DNA of 63,107 bases, filler included, from Craspedostauros australis (Eukaryota): the NCBI GenBank assembly GCA_030167865.1. It is 9 parts of 9 records of this genome, joined end to end, with 100 filler letters (N's around TTAATTAATTAA, not from the genome) between each part and the next. Parts side by side here need not be neighbours in the genome. Positions count along the whole stretch, not along the records: positions 17,334 to 48,636 come from JALAGF010002195.1; 8 more parts are not named here. The stretch is one strand, 5' to 3'. The notes under the pieces are model-generated. The model was not told where the DNA came from, searched no databases, and saw only the letters and a program-made list of their open reading frames with translations. Positions 21,612-34,982 of this stretch are shown here, in pieces. The translations under genes were made by a program, and so were the position numbers. The first letter of the stretch is position 1; the number at the start of each line of letters is the position of its first letter.

Positions 21612-24600
21612 ATGGCCCCAGATCTCAGCAGACCTGTCCAGTCCAACCATTCGTCGCCGAGCATCTCCCGCAGGAACAAACAGCGACAACCTTTGGGCGG
21701 ACTCTCCATCAACACTGTCCGCATAGCCACCATGGCGACGAAGGCAGCAACTGCCCAGAAAGGATCCGACTGCAGCGGGCGCAACGACGCCAATGGTGAC
21801 GGTGGCACAGCGCAGTCTTCAGGTCCGCACAAGCGCGTGAACACATACAATCACGAGCATCAGGAAGATGATGCATGCACAGGCAAAGGCAAAGACAATT
21901 CCATGGACATGGCCGCAGACACAGCAATAGGCACAGATCACAGCCAGCCATGCAATGTGGATGAGCCTTTCAAATCAGGCTCTCCTGCATCTATATCGTC
22001 ATCGTCGTCGGCTTCGTCACCATCATCATCTTCCTCAATGTCAACATCCGAGTCGTCGGCATCATCGACTTCCACGGAACCCTCAAGTCCTGTACTTTCG
22101 TCGGCAGGCATGCCTTCGTCGATGTCGAGCGCTGCCCAGCTGAATGTGTCGATCAAACGACATGGCCAACACGTGCGCAACCAACACTCCAAACGCCGCC
22201 GCCGCCGCCGCCGCCGTTGCCATCAACACTCTGGAGCAGCTGACTCCAACATTTCAATCAACAGCACCACCTGGGATTTCATTCAGCAACCGGAACTCGA
22301 GGACCCTTCCGAACATTGTCAACATCAAGACACCAACGTGCGAGTACTCGTGCGACAGGGAAGTCATGCACCTGTGCATCCTCCAACTGGCGCAAAAGCC
22401 GAAACGACTGCAACCAGCAGCGGCCACGGCAACGAAAGCGACGATTCTCTCTCCCTGCATTCCTTGGATGCCGAATCCGGTGACGTTCCGCACGACTGCT
22501 CAACTCCAACGGCCGCTGCTGGTCACAGTGCATTCTCGTCCCTGTCACCATCATGCAACTTCGCAACGCCCACCGGCCCAAGCCCCAACCGACGAAGCCA
22601 TGAGACGCCACAGCAACAGGTGCGACGATATTGGGAGCTTTGCTACGGTTCCGCGCAGCAGACAGACGAGTCGGTAGCGGCAGCACCAGCAGGAACGACA
22701 ACACCATCATTGCAATCGCAGTCCCAATCTCAGTTCCCACAAATCAAATCAACTTGGTCAGCGCAACGCAAGCCGCCGATCAGGAGCTGGTATGTACATG
22801 TGCATGTGCATGTGTGTGTGTTTGTGTAATTGCCAAGCTTGGTCTATGGTACCATCCGTCATCTGGTGCACTACCGATGCTCTGCTTTCGTAACGCTCAT
22901 CTGAATCTCGCATCATGACTCTGGAATATACATGCACCTTATACTTTTGCATCAAAATGATGATGTGGCTTTCGTTTTGTGTGTGGCCTTCCTTGTGTTT
23001 GTTCGATTCACGTTCCATCACACCAAGAATAATGGAACTCACAGACATCATGATCATCATCATCATCATCATCTCTTCGATGCTCGTACATGTTCTTGTT
23101 TCCATTCATGCTCTCATTCATTCAGTCTTTCCCATTCCAAGGCAAGGGCAGGCAAGAGTCTCATGTCGATCAGCGAAACCAAACGCAAGGCTCACCGTGT
23201 CCAATTCGGTTCGCCGCAAGCCGTGGAGTACGAAATCGATGACCCAGCGAAGAAGCTCACGCCACTGCCGGAAGAAGTGGCTCGAAAACGATACTCGATG
23301 GATGTCAAGGAACAGACGGAGGAAGAGGTGGAACAGAACAAGGAGACGAAACACAACACGTCTCTTCTAGCGGAATGGGAAGACGACTTCGACCAGCCGA
23401 AAATCCGTGTTTCCAGCCGCCGACGCAAGAATCGCCGTGACAGCCAGCTCTTCACGCCTAGCCCTAGGAGATCGCTGAGCGGAGACAAGCTTGGCGATGA
23501 CGACCCTGTCGGGCAAGCCAACGATGATCTTCCACCTACGACAACACAGGATGAGGACATGCATTCACCTGCACCCCATGCATTGGCTCCATCTGCTGTG
23601 GTGAACGAGGAATCTGCGCCACTCCAACTTTCACCCCACAGGGACAATTTTGCTGGTTCGCCCGTGGACACTGCAGGCTTGATCAAGACGCAACTAGAAA
23701 CAACACCAACAGAGAAGCAGGTCTCCGGTAGATATTCAATCAGCACTCTGTCGGACATATCATCCGAGCCGTCGCAGCTGTCGCCGATGACATTGGACAC
23801 GGCGAGTGTCATGCAGTCAGTGAATTCGTCTGGTGCGGCCATGGATGCGACACCATCACCACCATCGCAGAGCGTCGTGTCGCATGCTGGCAAATCGGCC
23901 CGCAGCGTCCTCTCGCACCCCATTTCCACCGTATCGTCATGCTCATCTATCACCACTAAGTCCTCCAGTTCTTTGAAGCAGCCACAGCAGCAACAGCATG
24001 TGTCACCGTCGCAATCATCACCACTGCTGCCAACGCAACAGCAACAACGCACAGCGTCGGCATCATCTAGGATGAGCCTTGGCTCGATCCACACCATGGG
24101 TGGTGCCATCGAGTCCCCACATGCTCTGCCATCGACGGTGCGACTCATAAAGAAGAAGGATCAACCGGTAGATCATCACCGCCACCATCCTGCTCCTCAC
24201 CATGATGGTCACCATTCTCCAATCAAGCATGACATGAGCGCTGTTTGGCTCCCTTCTGACGAAGTTCCGGTGAGTTTGAATTGTTTTCTTTGCGGGGCCA
24301 TTGCCGACTCGTGTTCAGCGATCAAATAGCAATCTCTGTATTTAGCCTTGTCCGTCTCTAACACAAATACTCTGCTTCCATCCACTCTCATTGTCACACT
24401 CGTGCATTTGCTGCTCACAATCGAATTGGCAGACCCCCAAGGAAACTTGCATCGTGAAAGCGTTGGTGCATTCGCCTGCGTGCGATCGGGAGTGGGGCGC
24501 AGCGCAGGTCCTGTCTGCGATGGCCAGCAACGAGTCGATGCAAACCATGACGTACCTCTTGGAGATCCTCCCAGCTCACATCCGCTCGACATTCCTGAAA

Positions 24601-25572
24601 GATATAGAAACGAATGTGTTACGCTGCACGGGATCCCATTCTCATGATGCTGCCTCCGTGCAGGGTACCAACCAGCAAAATGGTCAAAAGCGTACCTGGG
24701 AATGCATTGAAAGCCGATGCCTCAAGAGAGTCGAAGGATTGCTCGACTCGATGGACAAGGAGCTGGATAGTGATGTCGAACAGATCGAATCTTTGGAACT
24801 CCGCTCACTTCCTCGCAGCACTCGCATCTTAGAGCACCGGTTCCAGTCATGCCAGGATGACATCGCAATGATGGAAGCGCAGATACGGGACGCCAGATGG
24901 CAACTCGATGTGGCAAAGGCCATGCAGGGACCATCGGCGGCTCTGGATTGTGAGGCGCTGTCTCACCTGATGACCTTCCGACTGCTCGAGGTGTCGGACG
25001 ATAGGATGAGTCTCAACTTCGAACATGCAATCGGCGGGATCGGGACAATGCTTTCGTATGAAATGGTCGACCGTGAACTTATGTATACTATTTCCATGAA
25101 AGCAGACGGCGACGGCCCGGCCATCGCGCGACAGTCTCCAGGCGATGCCCTCTACTCGAACTACCTGCAAAGTTGCTTGGGCCATCTCCCTCAGACTGAA
25201 GTCCTTCCGGATGAAATGCAAAGCATCGTCGTGGGGCTCGCCAAGACCTTCCAAAGCATGACTGTGGCTGCAATGGATCTGAACCAGCTGGTGGCTTCCA
25301 AGAGAGCGAGCGTCTCCGTTGATTTTCCAAGTATTCGGATCGAATGGTCCGATGGCATGGTGGTCGCTGCTCGGTACGATGTCAAGACTTGGCAGATTGG
25401 AGGGCGGCTGATCCCGGGCAACCTACGCATCATACGCACGGCAACAAGTCAGCACAGACACATGAGGTTGCCGGAGGCGTGGGCCGAAATGTCACCCTTC
25501 ACATGGCAGCGTTTCCGCGAGTTGGCTTTGCCATCAAACAAACATGAAAATGAACATAATGATGGTGCATGA
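21612..25572 (+). CDS. Putative KNL1/Spc7-like kinetochore scaffold or PP1-docking protein; exons 21612-22789, 23126-24269, 24433(or 24346)-25572
   Basis: Canonical GT-AG introns join three ORFs in frame. The splice creates KPPIRSCLS shortly before HRVQFGSP (RVxF). There is a long Ser/Pro-rich disordered region, a poly-Arg run, a coiled coil and a beta-rich C-terminal domain. The gene model is well supported; the function is inferred. Confidence 0.6.
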
Positions 25573-26102
25573 ACAATACGCACTCCACCGACTTCTCTCA
25601 ACCTACAAGTATTCGGACATGCGAGTATAGGACATGCGAGTATTTGCACCAAACATGCCGAACAGAACAACCACCGCTCCAACTGCACTGCACAGAAGTC
25701 CCACAGCGTGTGTACTACAGCCCATTCGTTCTGAACCAGCAGCGAGTGTGGACATCAACGAGATGCGCCGTGGAGTAGAATACTCTCTTCTACTAGAGAA
25801 TGATGGAGTACACAGATAATTGACACCTTGGAGTGATTTATGATCCTTGTCATGGTGTTGGTACGATATTAGTACACAAGTACGAGTACACAGAAGTAAT
25901 AGTAGAGCATGGTGCAAACGATGATCCCCCCTCAGCGCAATGATGAATGGAGCCAGGGTGGAGATTCGCGGCGCTTCGCAACAGTCTTGAACCAGCTACA
26001 CAATGCCGTTGGGTATACGTACAGGTAGATGGAGTGCTCTCCCATTGTTAGCAGCACGTCCTCATCCCATACCGACACCACCATACATACCAACACATAC
26101 GG

Positions 26103-27581
26103 TTACAAATTGAATTCGAAACCGCCATTGTCACCGTCCAAGAAATCACCAAAGCCGCCCGTGAGCGCTGTGCCTTCCCCTTGGCGGCCTCCCCCGGCGC
26201 TTGGTGCGTGCTGGAGGATGCGGTCGGCCATGCGGGAGAATGGCAATGATTGCATCCAGACCGTGCCAGTGCCCTGCAACGTGGCCAGGAACAAACCTTC
26301 TCCACCGAAAAAGATGCTCTTCAAGCCCGGGACCAACTGGATGTCGAAATTGATGCCCTGTGTGAACGCGACGACACACCCGGTGTCCACGCGCAACCGC
26401 TCGCCACGCAGCTCCCTCCGAATGACCGTCCCGCCTGCATGGATGAAGGCCATGCCATCGCCTTCCAGTTTCTGCAGGATGAAACCTTCTCCACCGAAGA
26501 ACCCGCTGCCGATGCGCTTGTTGAAATGCATCGACAGTTTCGTCCCAAATGCGGCGCAAAGGAAGGAATCCTTCTGGCAGATCAAGGTGCGATCGTATTG
26601 GGCCATGTTAATGGGTAAGAGGCTACCGGGAAACGGCGCCGCGAATGCCACCCTCGCAGGAGAGTGACCCTGGTTGGTGAAATGCGTGAGGAATAAGGAT
26701 TCGCCGCTCAGTATCCGCCCGCCGGCTGCCATCAGCTTTCCGAAGAAGCCCTGCTTCGGATTGGAACCATCGCCGAATTTGGCCTTGAAGTCGATGCCAT
26801 CGTCCAAGAACATCATGGCACCGGCCTCGGCGATGACGGTTTCCTGCGGATCCAGCACCAACTCGACGAGCTGCATCTCATGGCCCTTGATCTCGTAATC
26901 GACCTTGTGGCATTGCGTGGGGTTGCCTTCGCTGATGACGCCGTTGGTGGGGCCTCCGGTGTAGGTGACGCTGGAGGGTGGCTTCACAACGGGTTCTCCC
27001 ACGGTGGTTGGCAACGGCATTGGCGGTTTCAAAGGCAACGGTGATGGTGCAGTCGGTTCAATCCTGTTCCTTGATCGTGGCGGAGATGGGCAGCTGAGAG
27101 CCTGGGAGAAGTCTGGTAGAGACGGTTCGACACTCTCAGTCTTGATGGGAGAGTACGCGCTCTCGTTGGATGTCGCGTGCGGAGCATGAATCATCGGCGG
27201 GGTAGATGCTGCAATTGGCACCACACCCGGTGCTGTCGCTGCCATCACTGGTGCGGAGGGTTCGTCCGGCACGGCTGTTGCTGCCGCGACAGGAGCATCG
27301 TATGCGGCCGTGGTCGAGACAGATTGTTGGGGGACGTACGTTGGCGCCGTCGGCTGTTGTGGGATGTACGTTGATGCCCTTGCCGATGGATTTCCAACCT
27401 GCTGTCGGTGTTGTTGATGCTGTTGATGCCTTTGTTGCGGTGGCGGTGCTGGCTGGTACGTCTGTTGCTGAGGCCGATACACCTGCTGCTGCGGTTGTTG
27501 TGCCTGTTGTGCCTGTTGCGGCTGTTGCGGCTGTTGCGCATTGCCTTGATTCGGGCGAAATGCCGTTGGAACATACACCAT
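26103..27581 (-). CDS. AIM24/TIGR00266-family protein with Q/P-rich N-terminal extension
   Basis: [31 protein letters not shown]...[11 protein letters not shown]...FFGGEGF...VDTGCVVAF...[25 protein letters not shown]. Confidence 0.9.
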   Translation of the reverse strand: MVYVPTAFRPNQGNAQQPQQPQQAQQAQQPQQQVYRPQQQTYQPAPPPQQRHQQHQQHRQQVGNPSARASTYIPQQPTAPTYVPQQSVSTTAAYDAPVAAATAVPDEPSAPVMAATAPGVVPIAASTPPMIHAPHATSNESAYSPIKTESVEPSLPDFSQALSCPSPPRSRNRIEPTAPSPLPLKPPMPLPTTVGEPVVKPPSSVTYTGGPTNGVISEGNPTQCHKVDYEIKGHEMQLVELVLDPQETVIAEAGAMMFLDDGIDFKAKFGDGSNPKQGFFGKLMAAGGRILSGESLFLTHFTNQGHSPARVAFAAPFPGSLLPINMAQYDRTLICQKDSFLCAAFGTKLSMHFNKRIGSGFFGGEGFILQKLEGDGMAFIHAGGTVIRRELRGERLRVDTGCVVAFTQGINFDIQLVPGLKSIFFGGEGLFLATLQGTGTVWMQSLPFSRMADRILQHAPSAGGGRQGEGTALTGGFGDFLDGDNGGFEFNL

Positions 27582-28207
27582 GATATGAGTGTTCACCTAT
27601 GAATGCAAATGCTGGACCAAAGGATATCCTTTCTTGGTATTGCTCTTGTTATTGCCGTCGCTGCTCGTTGCCGGTCGAGTTGAATGGAGTAATACGGTAT
27701 TATATGATGTGATAGTTCTTCCCTTTGTCTCGGTTGACTGTCGCAACAATGATGTCAAATGTACGTATTCGGACACAGAACAAGTGAGACGGAACAAGGG
27801 TTGATGAGTGCGTGTCGGTTCACCATCGCCAACGAAAGAAACGAATGACGAGATTGGCGCGATTTCAGTCTTGCGAAGGTTGAATCTTGCATTTGTTCTC
27901 GCCATCGAATCACGAACAAACAAGTCGTGTTTCATTGTGCTCACGCTTGAGTCACGGATAGGCGGATTGGATGATTGCGTTTGTCGGCGTCAAAGACCAA
28001 ATCCAAGCGTCCATCCGCTCTCCGAGCGGCGGTCAAGCCAGGCTCCATCAAGACTAAGATAATACCATACAGTACATGTACGTATGGTGCAGCTAGTGTG
28101 GTATGTGTAGTAGTCGTATGGGAATGGTGTAATACATTGTATGGTGTTGCATCCGATGCTCGCCATCAACGTCGTATTAATCCACTATCTCTCTGCCTAT
28201 CTCTGTG

Positions 28208-29152
28208 TTACAAGTAATCGGCCGTGAGCTGCTTGAGGAGTTCGTAGGAACCGAATTGGACAGCCGCATTGGGTGCCATGCGGACGGTATTGATCAAGGC
28301 GCCGCTGTAAAACCTCCGTATCCCTCCACTACGAAACGTCTTGCGAGCGCAATCCACATATCCAGTGTAGGTGGCCTCCGTGCCACGGCTCCCCTGCATT
28401 TGCAGCAGGCGACGCATAGTGTCATTGGGATACGTGATGAGTCCCGCCATGACGCCACCGAGTCCACCGAACAGCATCTTGCGCACGGGCTTGTTGGAGT
28501 CTTCGGCGGCGGGGAACCAGCTCTCGAGGACGCCGACGGTTCCGAACTTGATGCCTTCGTAGGGCATGGCGCCCATGAGGGTGGGCGCCACGCCCTTGTA
28601 GAGCGCGGCGATGCCCTCGTCCTTGACAGTGACGACGATGGTCCGCAGGATGCCCTTGTAGGCCTTCTTGGAACCCTCCACTCCATCCAGCTTGCCAGAT
28701 ATTCTCCCACGCGCAAAGTCCAGCGGGTACGTGAGCGCAGATGCCGTGATTCCGGCGAATCCACCAGCAAGGAACGAGTATGCCTGGTGGAGCTTCTGGT
28801 CATCGGGCGTGTTTGACAGCTTGCGGAACATGCTCTGGTACATGTCGTTGGTGGAAAACACGACGGCCTTGGCTGGGAAGATGCGCAGCAAGTTGGTTCC
28901 GTTGCCAGCCCACAGACCAATGATGCCCTCGTTCTTGAGGATATTGCGATACAGACCGATGATGGACAAGTCCTTCATGCCGTGCTCGCCGGTCTGTGAC
29001 AGCATCTTGATCCGCTCCAGCGGATTCGTCACCGTCTTCGCTATCATGCCGGCCAAGCCACCGCACACCATGCGCCTCGTCATGTCGGCGGCCACCGCCG
29101 CATTCTGCCCGAGCTGCGTCTCCCGTTTCTGAACTGGTGTTGCCGTCGCCAT
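28208..29152 (-). CDS. Mitochondrial carrier family (SLC25) protein, CoA/adenine-nucleotide carrier-like
   Basis: Three carrier repeats with PX[DE]XX[KR] signatures (PLERIK, PLDFAR, PNDTMR); EGIIGLWAGNGTNLLRIFP; 314 aa from ATG 29152. Confidence 0.92.
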   Translation of the reverse strand: MATATPVQKRETQLGQNAAVAADMTRRMVCGGLAGMIAKTVTNPLERIKMLSQTGEHGMKDLSIIGLYRNILKNEGIIGLWAGNGTNLLRIFPAKAVVFSTNDMYQSMFRKLSNTPDDQKLHQAYSFLAGGFAGITASALTYPLDFARGRISGKLDGVEGSKKAYKGILRTIVVTVKDEGIAALYKGVAPTLMGAMPYEGIKFGTVGVLESWFPAAEDSNKPVRKMLFGGLGGVMAGLITYPNDTMRRLLQMQGSRGTEATYTGYVDCARKTFRSGGIRRFYSGALINTVRMAPNAAVQFGSYELLKQLTADYL

Positions 29153-29707
29153 GGTCGATCCTACCCCGAATCGATTGTGCGGTACGCGGCGAGATACGGA
29201 GGAAGCAGCGAAGGTGGTGGATTGGGTCAATGTCGCGGGTTTGGGTCGTTTCGCTTCGCTGGGTGATGGGAAGGAGTGAGCTCTCTGCGAACACCTCTGA
29301 GCTCTTTCGTCTTCACCCTTTCGTCTTTCGCAGTAATCGTGGCTTTGCACGAGCTGCCTCGTACGTGGAGTTGTCGCGTGTTCTCCTTTTCGGTTTGTGT
29401 TTCGCCGTTGTGGTGGGAACAAGTATCTTCTCTGATTTTTAGTCAAATGAATCGCTACAAGAAAGTTCTTGTTGATGTTTGGTTTGGTGGCTCATGTTTG
29501 TGGTCTGAGATCTGTTTCAAATCATGGATACGTACGACGACGAACCGTCGACATCCACCGCTGCGTGCCATCGGCATGGGCACAACAGTGATCGATGATT
29601 GCCTCTTGGTGGCAACAGCGCACTGGCAACCAGCAACAGGGACATCTTTGACACCAGCTCATCCGCAACAGCACCATCAACAGCATCCGCACCAGAGCAA
29701 TCGTAGT

Positions 29708-30817
29708 ATGCCATTCACCGCAGGAATGACCCGCCGACTGCTGCTGTTGTGCGGCGTATTTGTCACAACCCACACGGACAGCCTGACCGATGCATTCTTC
29801 ATTTCCAGAGCACACAATGACGTTCATTTGCGATCATGGCAAAAACCATGTCAGACAACAACCGTCAACAGCCGGGCTGCCCCGATCTCACAAACCAATC
29901 AGTGCGTGCATCGGCATCGCCAGAGGCATTGCCGCCACCAAGCGGCAGCAGCAGCAGAAGGTACGGAGTCGGCACCGCATCCAGCAGACGACGAACTGGA
30001 CCGTATCTTGAAGGTCGCAATCAAAGCCGCCGAGAAAGCAGGCGCCATCATCCTCTCTAATTCGGACGGCGCCGATGTGGTTGACAAGAAGGCGTCGAGC
30101 CGAGATCTGCTCACCCTGGTAGATCCCATGTGCGAGGCGGCCATCAAGGAGACGGTGACATCTGCATTCTCGCATCACAACTTCTTGGGCGAAGAAGAGG
30201 TGGGACCTGGAATCGATGCCGCGGTGGAAGCACTGGAAAACAAGCTTGAGCTTGGTGGATATCTGTGGATCGTCGACCCCATCGACGGCACCACCAACTT
30301 TGCCAGCGGCATTCCGCTGAATGCACCGAGCATCGCAGTGACGCACAATGAGGAGGTCGTGGTCGCCGTGATTCTGGATCCGCATCGTGGAGAATGCTTC
30401 ACTGCCGTGAAGGGCCGCGGCACCTACATGAACGGTGAGCGGATCCATGTTGGCGAGCAGAACGTGATCGGCGACGCGGTGGTTGGGATGGAGAGCCCAG
30501 CTGGACAGGAGAGCTTGGAGGTCGCGCTGAAGGGTGTGGTGCCGCTGATGCCGAAGGTTCGCACGATACGCATGCTTGGCTCTTCGGCGATCATGCTGCC
30601 GTGGGTTGCCAACGGACGGTTGACGGCGTACTGGACACCCGATGAGTGCGCGTGGGACATCGCGGCAGGATCGTTGTTGGTTTCGGAGGCTGGCGGGCGA
30701 GTCACCGACTTGTCGGGTGGAGAATACAATATCCGCACGCGCAAGCTCTTGGCAAGCAACGGCAGGGTTCACGACGAGCTTCTGGCCGTTCTGCAAGACG
30801 AGGCAGGCATCAGTTAG
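29708..30817 (+). CDS. Inositol monophosphatase family (SuhB/IMPL1-like), plastid-targeted
   Basis: [17 protein letters not shown] and [15 protein letters not shown] motifs; signal peptide followed by TDA|FF (ASAFAP-like). Confidence 0.92.
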   Translation: MPFTAGMTRRLLLLCGVFVTTHTDSLTDAFFISRAHNDVHLRSWQKPCQTTTVNSRAAPISQTNQCVHRHRQRHCRHQAAAAAEGTESAPHPADDELDRILKVAIKAAEKAGAIILSNSDGADVVDKKASSRDLLTLVDPMCEAAIKETVTSAFSHHNFLGEEEVGPGIDAAVEALENKLELGGYLWIVDPIDGTTNFASGIPLNAPSIAVTHNEEVVVAVILDPHRGECFTAVKGRGTYMNGERIHVGEQNVIGDAVVGMESPAGQESLEVALKGVVPLMPKVRTIRMLGSSAIMLPWVANGRLTAYWTPDECAWDIAAGSLLVSEAGGRVTDLSGGEYNIRTRKLLASNGRVHDELLAVLQDEAGIS

Positions 30818-31376
30818 GGAGAGAGAAGAATGCTCGAAAGCGGGACGGTACCAGCACCAGCACCAAAAGCAGCGTCATTGGGAATATGGATAGGTCGCAA
30901 GAATGTATTGACAGATCTATGGTGCTCTGCGTACAAGCACGAGCAGCCACATGGCGGAGGATTGGCACGACTCTTGGCCGCTTGTGGAGAATTCGATGTT
31001 ATCTTTTAGTCACGTATCCACAAATCCTGGTTCATTCACGGATGGGTGCCAACGCCAAACACGACACAAAACAAGAAGGCTGCATGCTTCCACGCACAAC
31101 AAACGAGAAGTTCCACACACAAACACGCACAGGATCGCAGAGAAAGAGGCAGACAGAAATGGACACACAGAGCGAGGGGAAGAGAGGAACATCGAAGCGA
31201 ACCGAAACCGGAGTCTTGGGTCGGCAAGAACACTCTCGGAGCCACACTACCATACTACTACTAATACGAGTGTAATATAATATTCTATTCTATTGTAGAA
31301 TACAACGCAAGAGATCGGCTCGGCAGCCACAACCGAAGGAAGGAAGAGCTTGTGCCTTGCCTTTGCATAGCGGCTC

Positions 31377-33964
31377 ATGATGGAGCCCGCGAGTGATCCA
31401 CTCAAGGCGAACATGGCGCAAACCAGTGGCAGTGTGGCTGCATTTGCGCCTTCAGGCGTATCCGAATCTGCACCCACATCGACGACCTCATCAGCGTCCA
31501 TATCTGCAGACCAGGATGCGGCATCGCACTCCAACGTGGGGCAACCTCAGGCGACGAACATGAGCACGATCGTAGACAGAACGATGGCGACGCCAACCAA
31601 GAAAGCGCCCATAACACCGGCGACTCTCATTCAAGCAGCTGCGTCATCTCCTGCGCCAATGAGCACAATGGCATCAGCACCAGCACGCACGCAAGTGCCA
31701 ACGCCAACCGCTGCGAATGACAATGAAGTGCCGAGCGATGCATCGCGTCTGCCTCGATCTGTGCGTTGGCGCATTCTGCTGGGGCTGCTCACCATTGATG
31801 ACAGCAGCAACAGCAACAGCGTCGGTGATGCAGCCAACAACGGCAACGCTGGTGCGAGCATGATTAGCAAAGTCAACAACTGCACACTTTCGGTCGATGA
31901 GATCCACGAATCAAACAAAGCACTGATCGAGAAGCAACGGGAACGATTCAATCGGCTCATGAAACGATACGTGGAAGAAGTTGACGACGGTCAGCAGAAT
32001 TCACCTGCGCCAACAGTAGCAGCGGAGGAGACGGCAGATCCTGCGGCAACCGATGCCAACGACAATGCGCTGGCAAATCTGGATCCGTTGACGGCGATGG
32101 TGCGAGAACAAGACGCCCAGAAAAACAAGAAGGAGGAGCTGTTCCTCAAATACAAGAAGGAGCGCGCACGCAGACGACGTGGGTTGTCCACAGACGCCGA
32201 TCGTCAGGTTGTGGAGGACGACGACGATGGCAGTGGCGGAGATGGTTCGGGATATGTGGATCGTGCTTCGGTGAGTACTCTCCTGCGATGCGTTTGAACG
32301 TTATCATAAGGCTATGCCAACTGCATTTGTGCTGAACACCTTGCGCTCTGATTACCATCCCAGTGGCGATACTCTGTCCGACTTGTGCATTGCTTCACCT
32401 CACTCACGTCATTGCAATCTAATCATTCAATCACGATAATGGCAATCACAACTCAATGCAGGTTTCGATTATCGAGAAAGATCTGAAGCGATTGCCACAT
32501 CCAACAGACAGAGCCCATGAACAGGAGTCCAGAATAGCGGTGCTGAAGGAAATACTCTACATATACTCTCAGGAACATCCCACCATGGGATACCGTCAGG
32601 GCATGCACGAAATCGCATCCTACATCTTGCTTGTGTTCGAACTGGAGGAAAGGCAGGCTGGCGGTGATAGCGATGCCCACAACGTTCAATTCGCTCCCTG
32701 CGTAGCACATGCCTACCACCTGCTGGAGTCGGTTCTGGGATTGCTGAAGACTGCCTACGATGCTTCGGGTGAGAACGCATTGGAGATGATGTCGCGCACG
32801 ATCCTCAGCAAGATTTACCAGAACGATCAAATGCTCTACCAACACCTTACCGCATCGCCGAACATCCCACCGCCACCCATCTATTGCACAAGGTGGCTGC
32901 GCCTGCTCTTCTCGCGGGAAGTCAATGGCTTCGACAATGTGTTGAAGTTGTGGGATGGCCTGCTGGGGTATAACACGAAACTCATGCGGGCATTGGAGAT
33001 TGCGTCCGCCGCAAGAATCCTGCTCATGAAGGACGCGCTTCTGCATCCACACACGAACTCTCTCGAACTTCTGGTCAACACACCCGCCATCACCGAAATC
33101 CCCCAGTTCGTCACCGTGTTCGAGCAGCTGATGTTGCAGAAGGAAGATGGGGTCGCCATTGCCATACCTAAATGCACCATCCCAATCCCCCCAAAGCCTC
33201 CCGTTGTGGAGGCCTTCAGCTCGAATGGCCCTCTCGTGAACAGCGCTTCTATGGTTCCAGGTGCGAGCATCGCTCCCACAGGCCCACCGTCGCCACAGCA
33301 ACAGCTGCAACCTCTGCCAAGTCCAAAGAAGAGCTCGTCTTCCTTCTCTCTGAGGTCCATGCGGGAGTCCTTCGGCCAGGATCTCAAATCCATCAAGAAG
33401 AAGGTACTCGCGACCACCAGCGAATGGAAGCAGCAGGTGGCATCGCGAGAGGCAGGAAGAGCGAATTCGTCTGACATTCCAGAATACAGTACGGGTACCA
33501 TGCAAGCCCTGCGAGCTTCGTTCGGTGGACGCAGCAGATCGGACGAGTACTCGCAGTCGCACACCCACCAACAAGCACAACAGCGGATGATGGGACGAGC
33601 GCCGCAGCAATCGCAGCAGCAACAACTGCAGCTGCCAACGCCATTTGAAGTCCATGAGATGATGAGACGGCAAAAGTCGCATGGCGAACGATTGCAACAA
33701 CATGTCTGGACTCTGCAGCAGTTCTTGATGTCCCTCGAGCAACAACCAACCGCTGCTGGCGCCGCAGCTGCTGCAAATCGCCCAACGGATCCGCTAAGTG
33801 CCAATGCCGGCGTCAGCGCGAACCCCAACATGAACCCGAACAACGCAACCGCGAATGCACAAGGTAACATCCTTCACAACAGGCGTGTGACAAGTGAAAT
33901 CTGGGAAGCGCTGGCGGACATCGATCGAATCCAACGCGACCTGCAGGGGATGCCACCAAGGTAA
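31377..33964 (+). CDS. TBC-domain Rab-GAP (TBC1D5-like); exons 31377-32270, 32462-33964
   Basis: RSVRWRILLG, IEKDLKR (IxxDxxR), YRQGMHEI (YxQ), WLRLLFSRE, LKLWD; GTGAGT..CAG phase-0 intron. Confidence 0.9.
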
Positions 33965-34293
33965 ACGATGCGCTCGCATCAACAACATGAAGGTTCATTG
34001 AGGGCATCCTCGTACATGTGCACTTAAGACGCGAAGAGTACCGACTCTCCAGAATATGTGTACCATAGGAGTGTAAGCACGTTAGATAAGAAACGCTGCA
34101 GCCAACGTCGAAGTCGTCGCTGCGATTGAAAACAGATGGGCAACACACAGCGAGGCGAAATCGAATGGCTGGTCGTGGACCACCGTTCGAAGCGAGCAAG
34201 TACGGATGGATACTCATGGTTGATCAACCTCGCCAGAGAGTATGAATGTACTACCTACAAAGAACCAAGTGTGCTCCTAAATTTGAGAGCAAT

Positions 34294-34982
34294 TCATTTA
34301 GTGTCACCACCTGCCGGCTTCGGCGTGCTGCTATTGGTACGAGTAGAATTGTTGGCTGATGCTTGTTCGATTGCTTCGCGTTCTTTGCGATTGGCAGCAA
34401 TTTCACGCAGCAGAGGATCGAAGATGTAGTATCCTGATACGACCCCCACCACGGAGGCAACAAAGATCCCTTCGAAGCTTCCAGATCGACTTCGAAAGTA
34501 CGGCCTGTAGCACGTGAACGTGGGGAGGTTGGATGGTCGAGACAATAGTGCAGGCGATGTGGACACCAGCGTGGGTGCCAGTACGGATGCGAAGGTATCG
34601 GTTTTGGGATTTGGTCGATGATTGATGATGAAGAGCGTTTGTAATGTTATGGCACCATCCAGATATTATATAATAGGAAGCAGTAGAAGCACAGAACATT
34701 GATGTAGCCCGGATAGAATCAAATTGGATATCCGTAGAATGGGGTATGGCCCAGCCGCGTTACGAGCAGTACCACACGAATGATGGAGGAAGCAAGGATG
34801 TATAATTCATTCAGAATAACGACGAATGGTGAGATGAAGCTTGCGGCCAATAGTGATGAACGCAGATGCACACAGTACTTGCGTTTTGGAATGTCACGAG
34901 ACGGCAAGTACCATTCCCCATGCAGATGAGTACACCGTGCTCACCCGAAGCCAAGAACTCTCATGAGCCAACTTTGCGCCAT
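34294..34982 (-). CDS. Single-pass microprotein (about 82 aa), PIGBOS1-like; exons 34982-34945, 34504-34294
   Basis: Spliced product MAQSWLMRVLGFGPYFRSRSGSFEGIFVASVVGVVSGYYIFDPLLREIAANRKERE...; GTGAGC donor and CTACAG acceptor are phase-compatible. Exon 1 is less certain. Confidence 0.6.

Noticed and set aside
28208..30817. Functional cluster of the SLC25 carrier and IMPase
   Set aside because: A divergent pair with different predicted compartments; ordinary compact gene packing.
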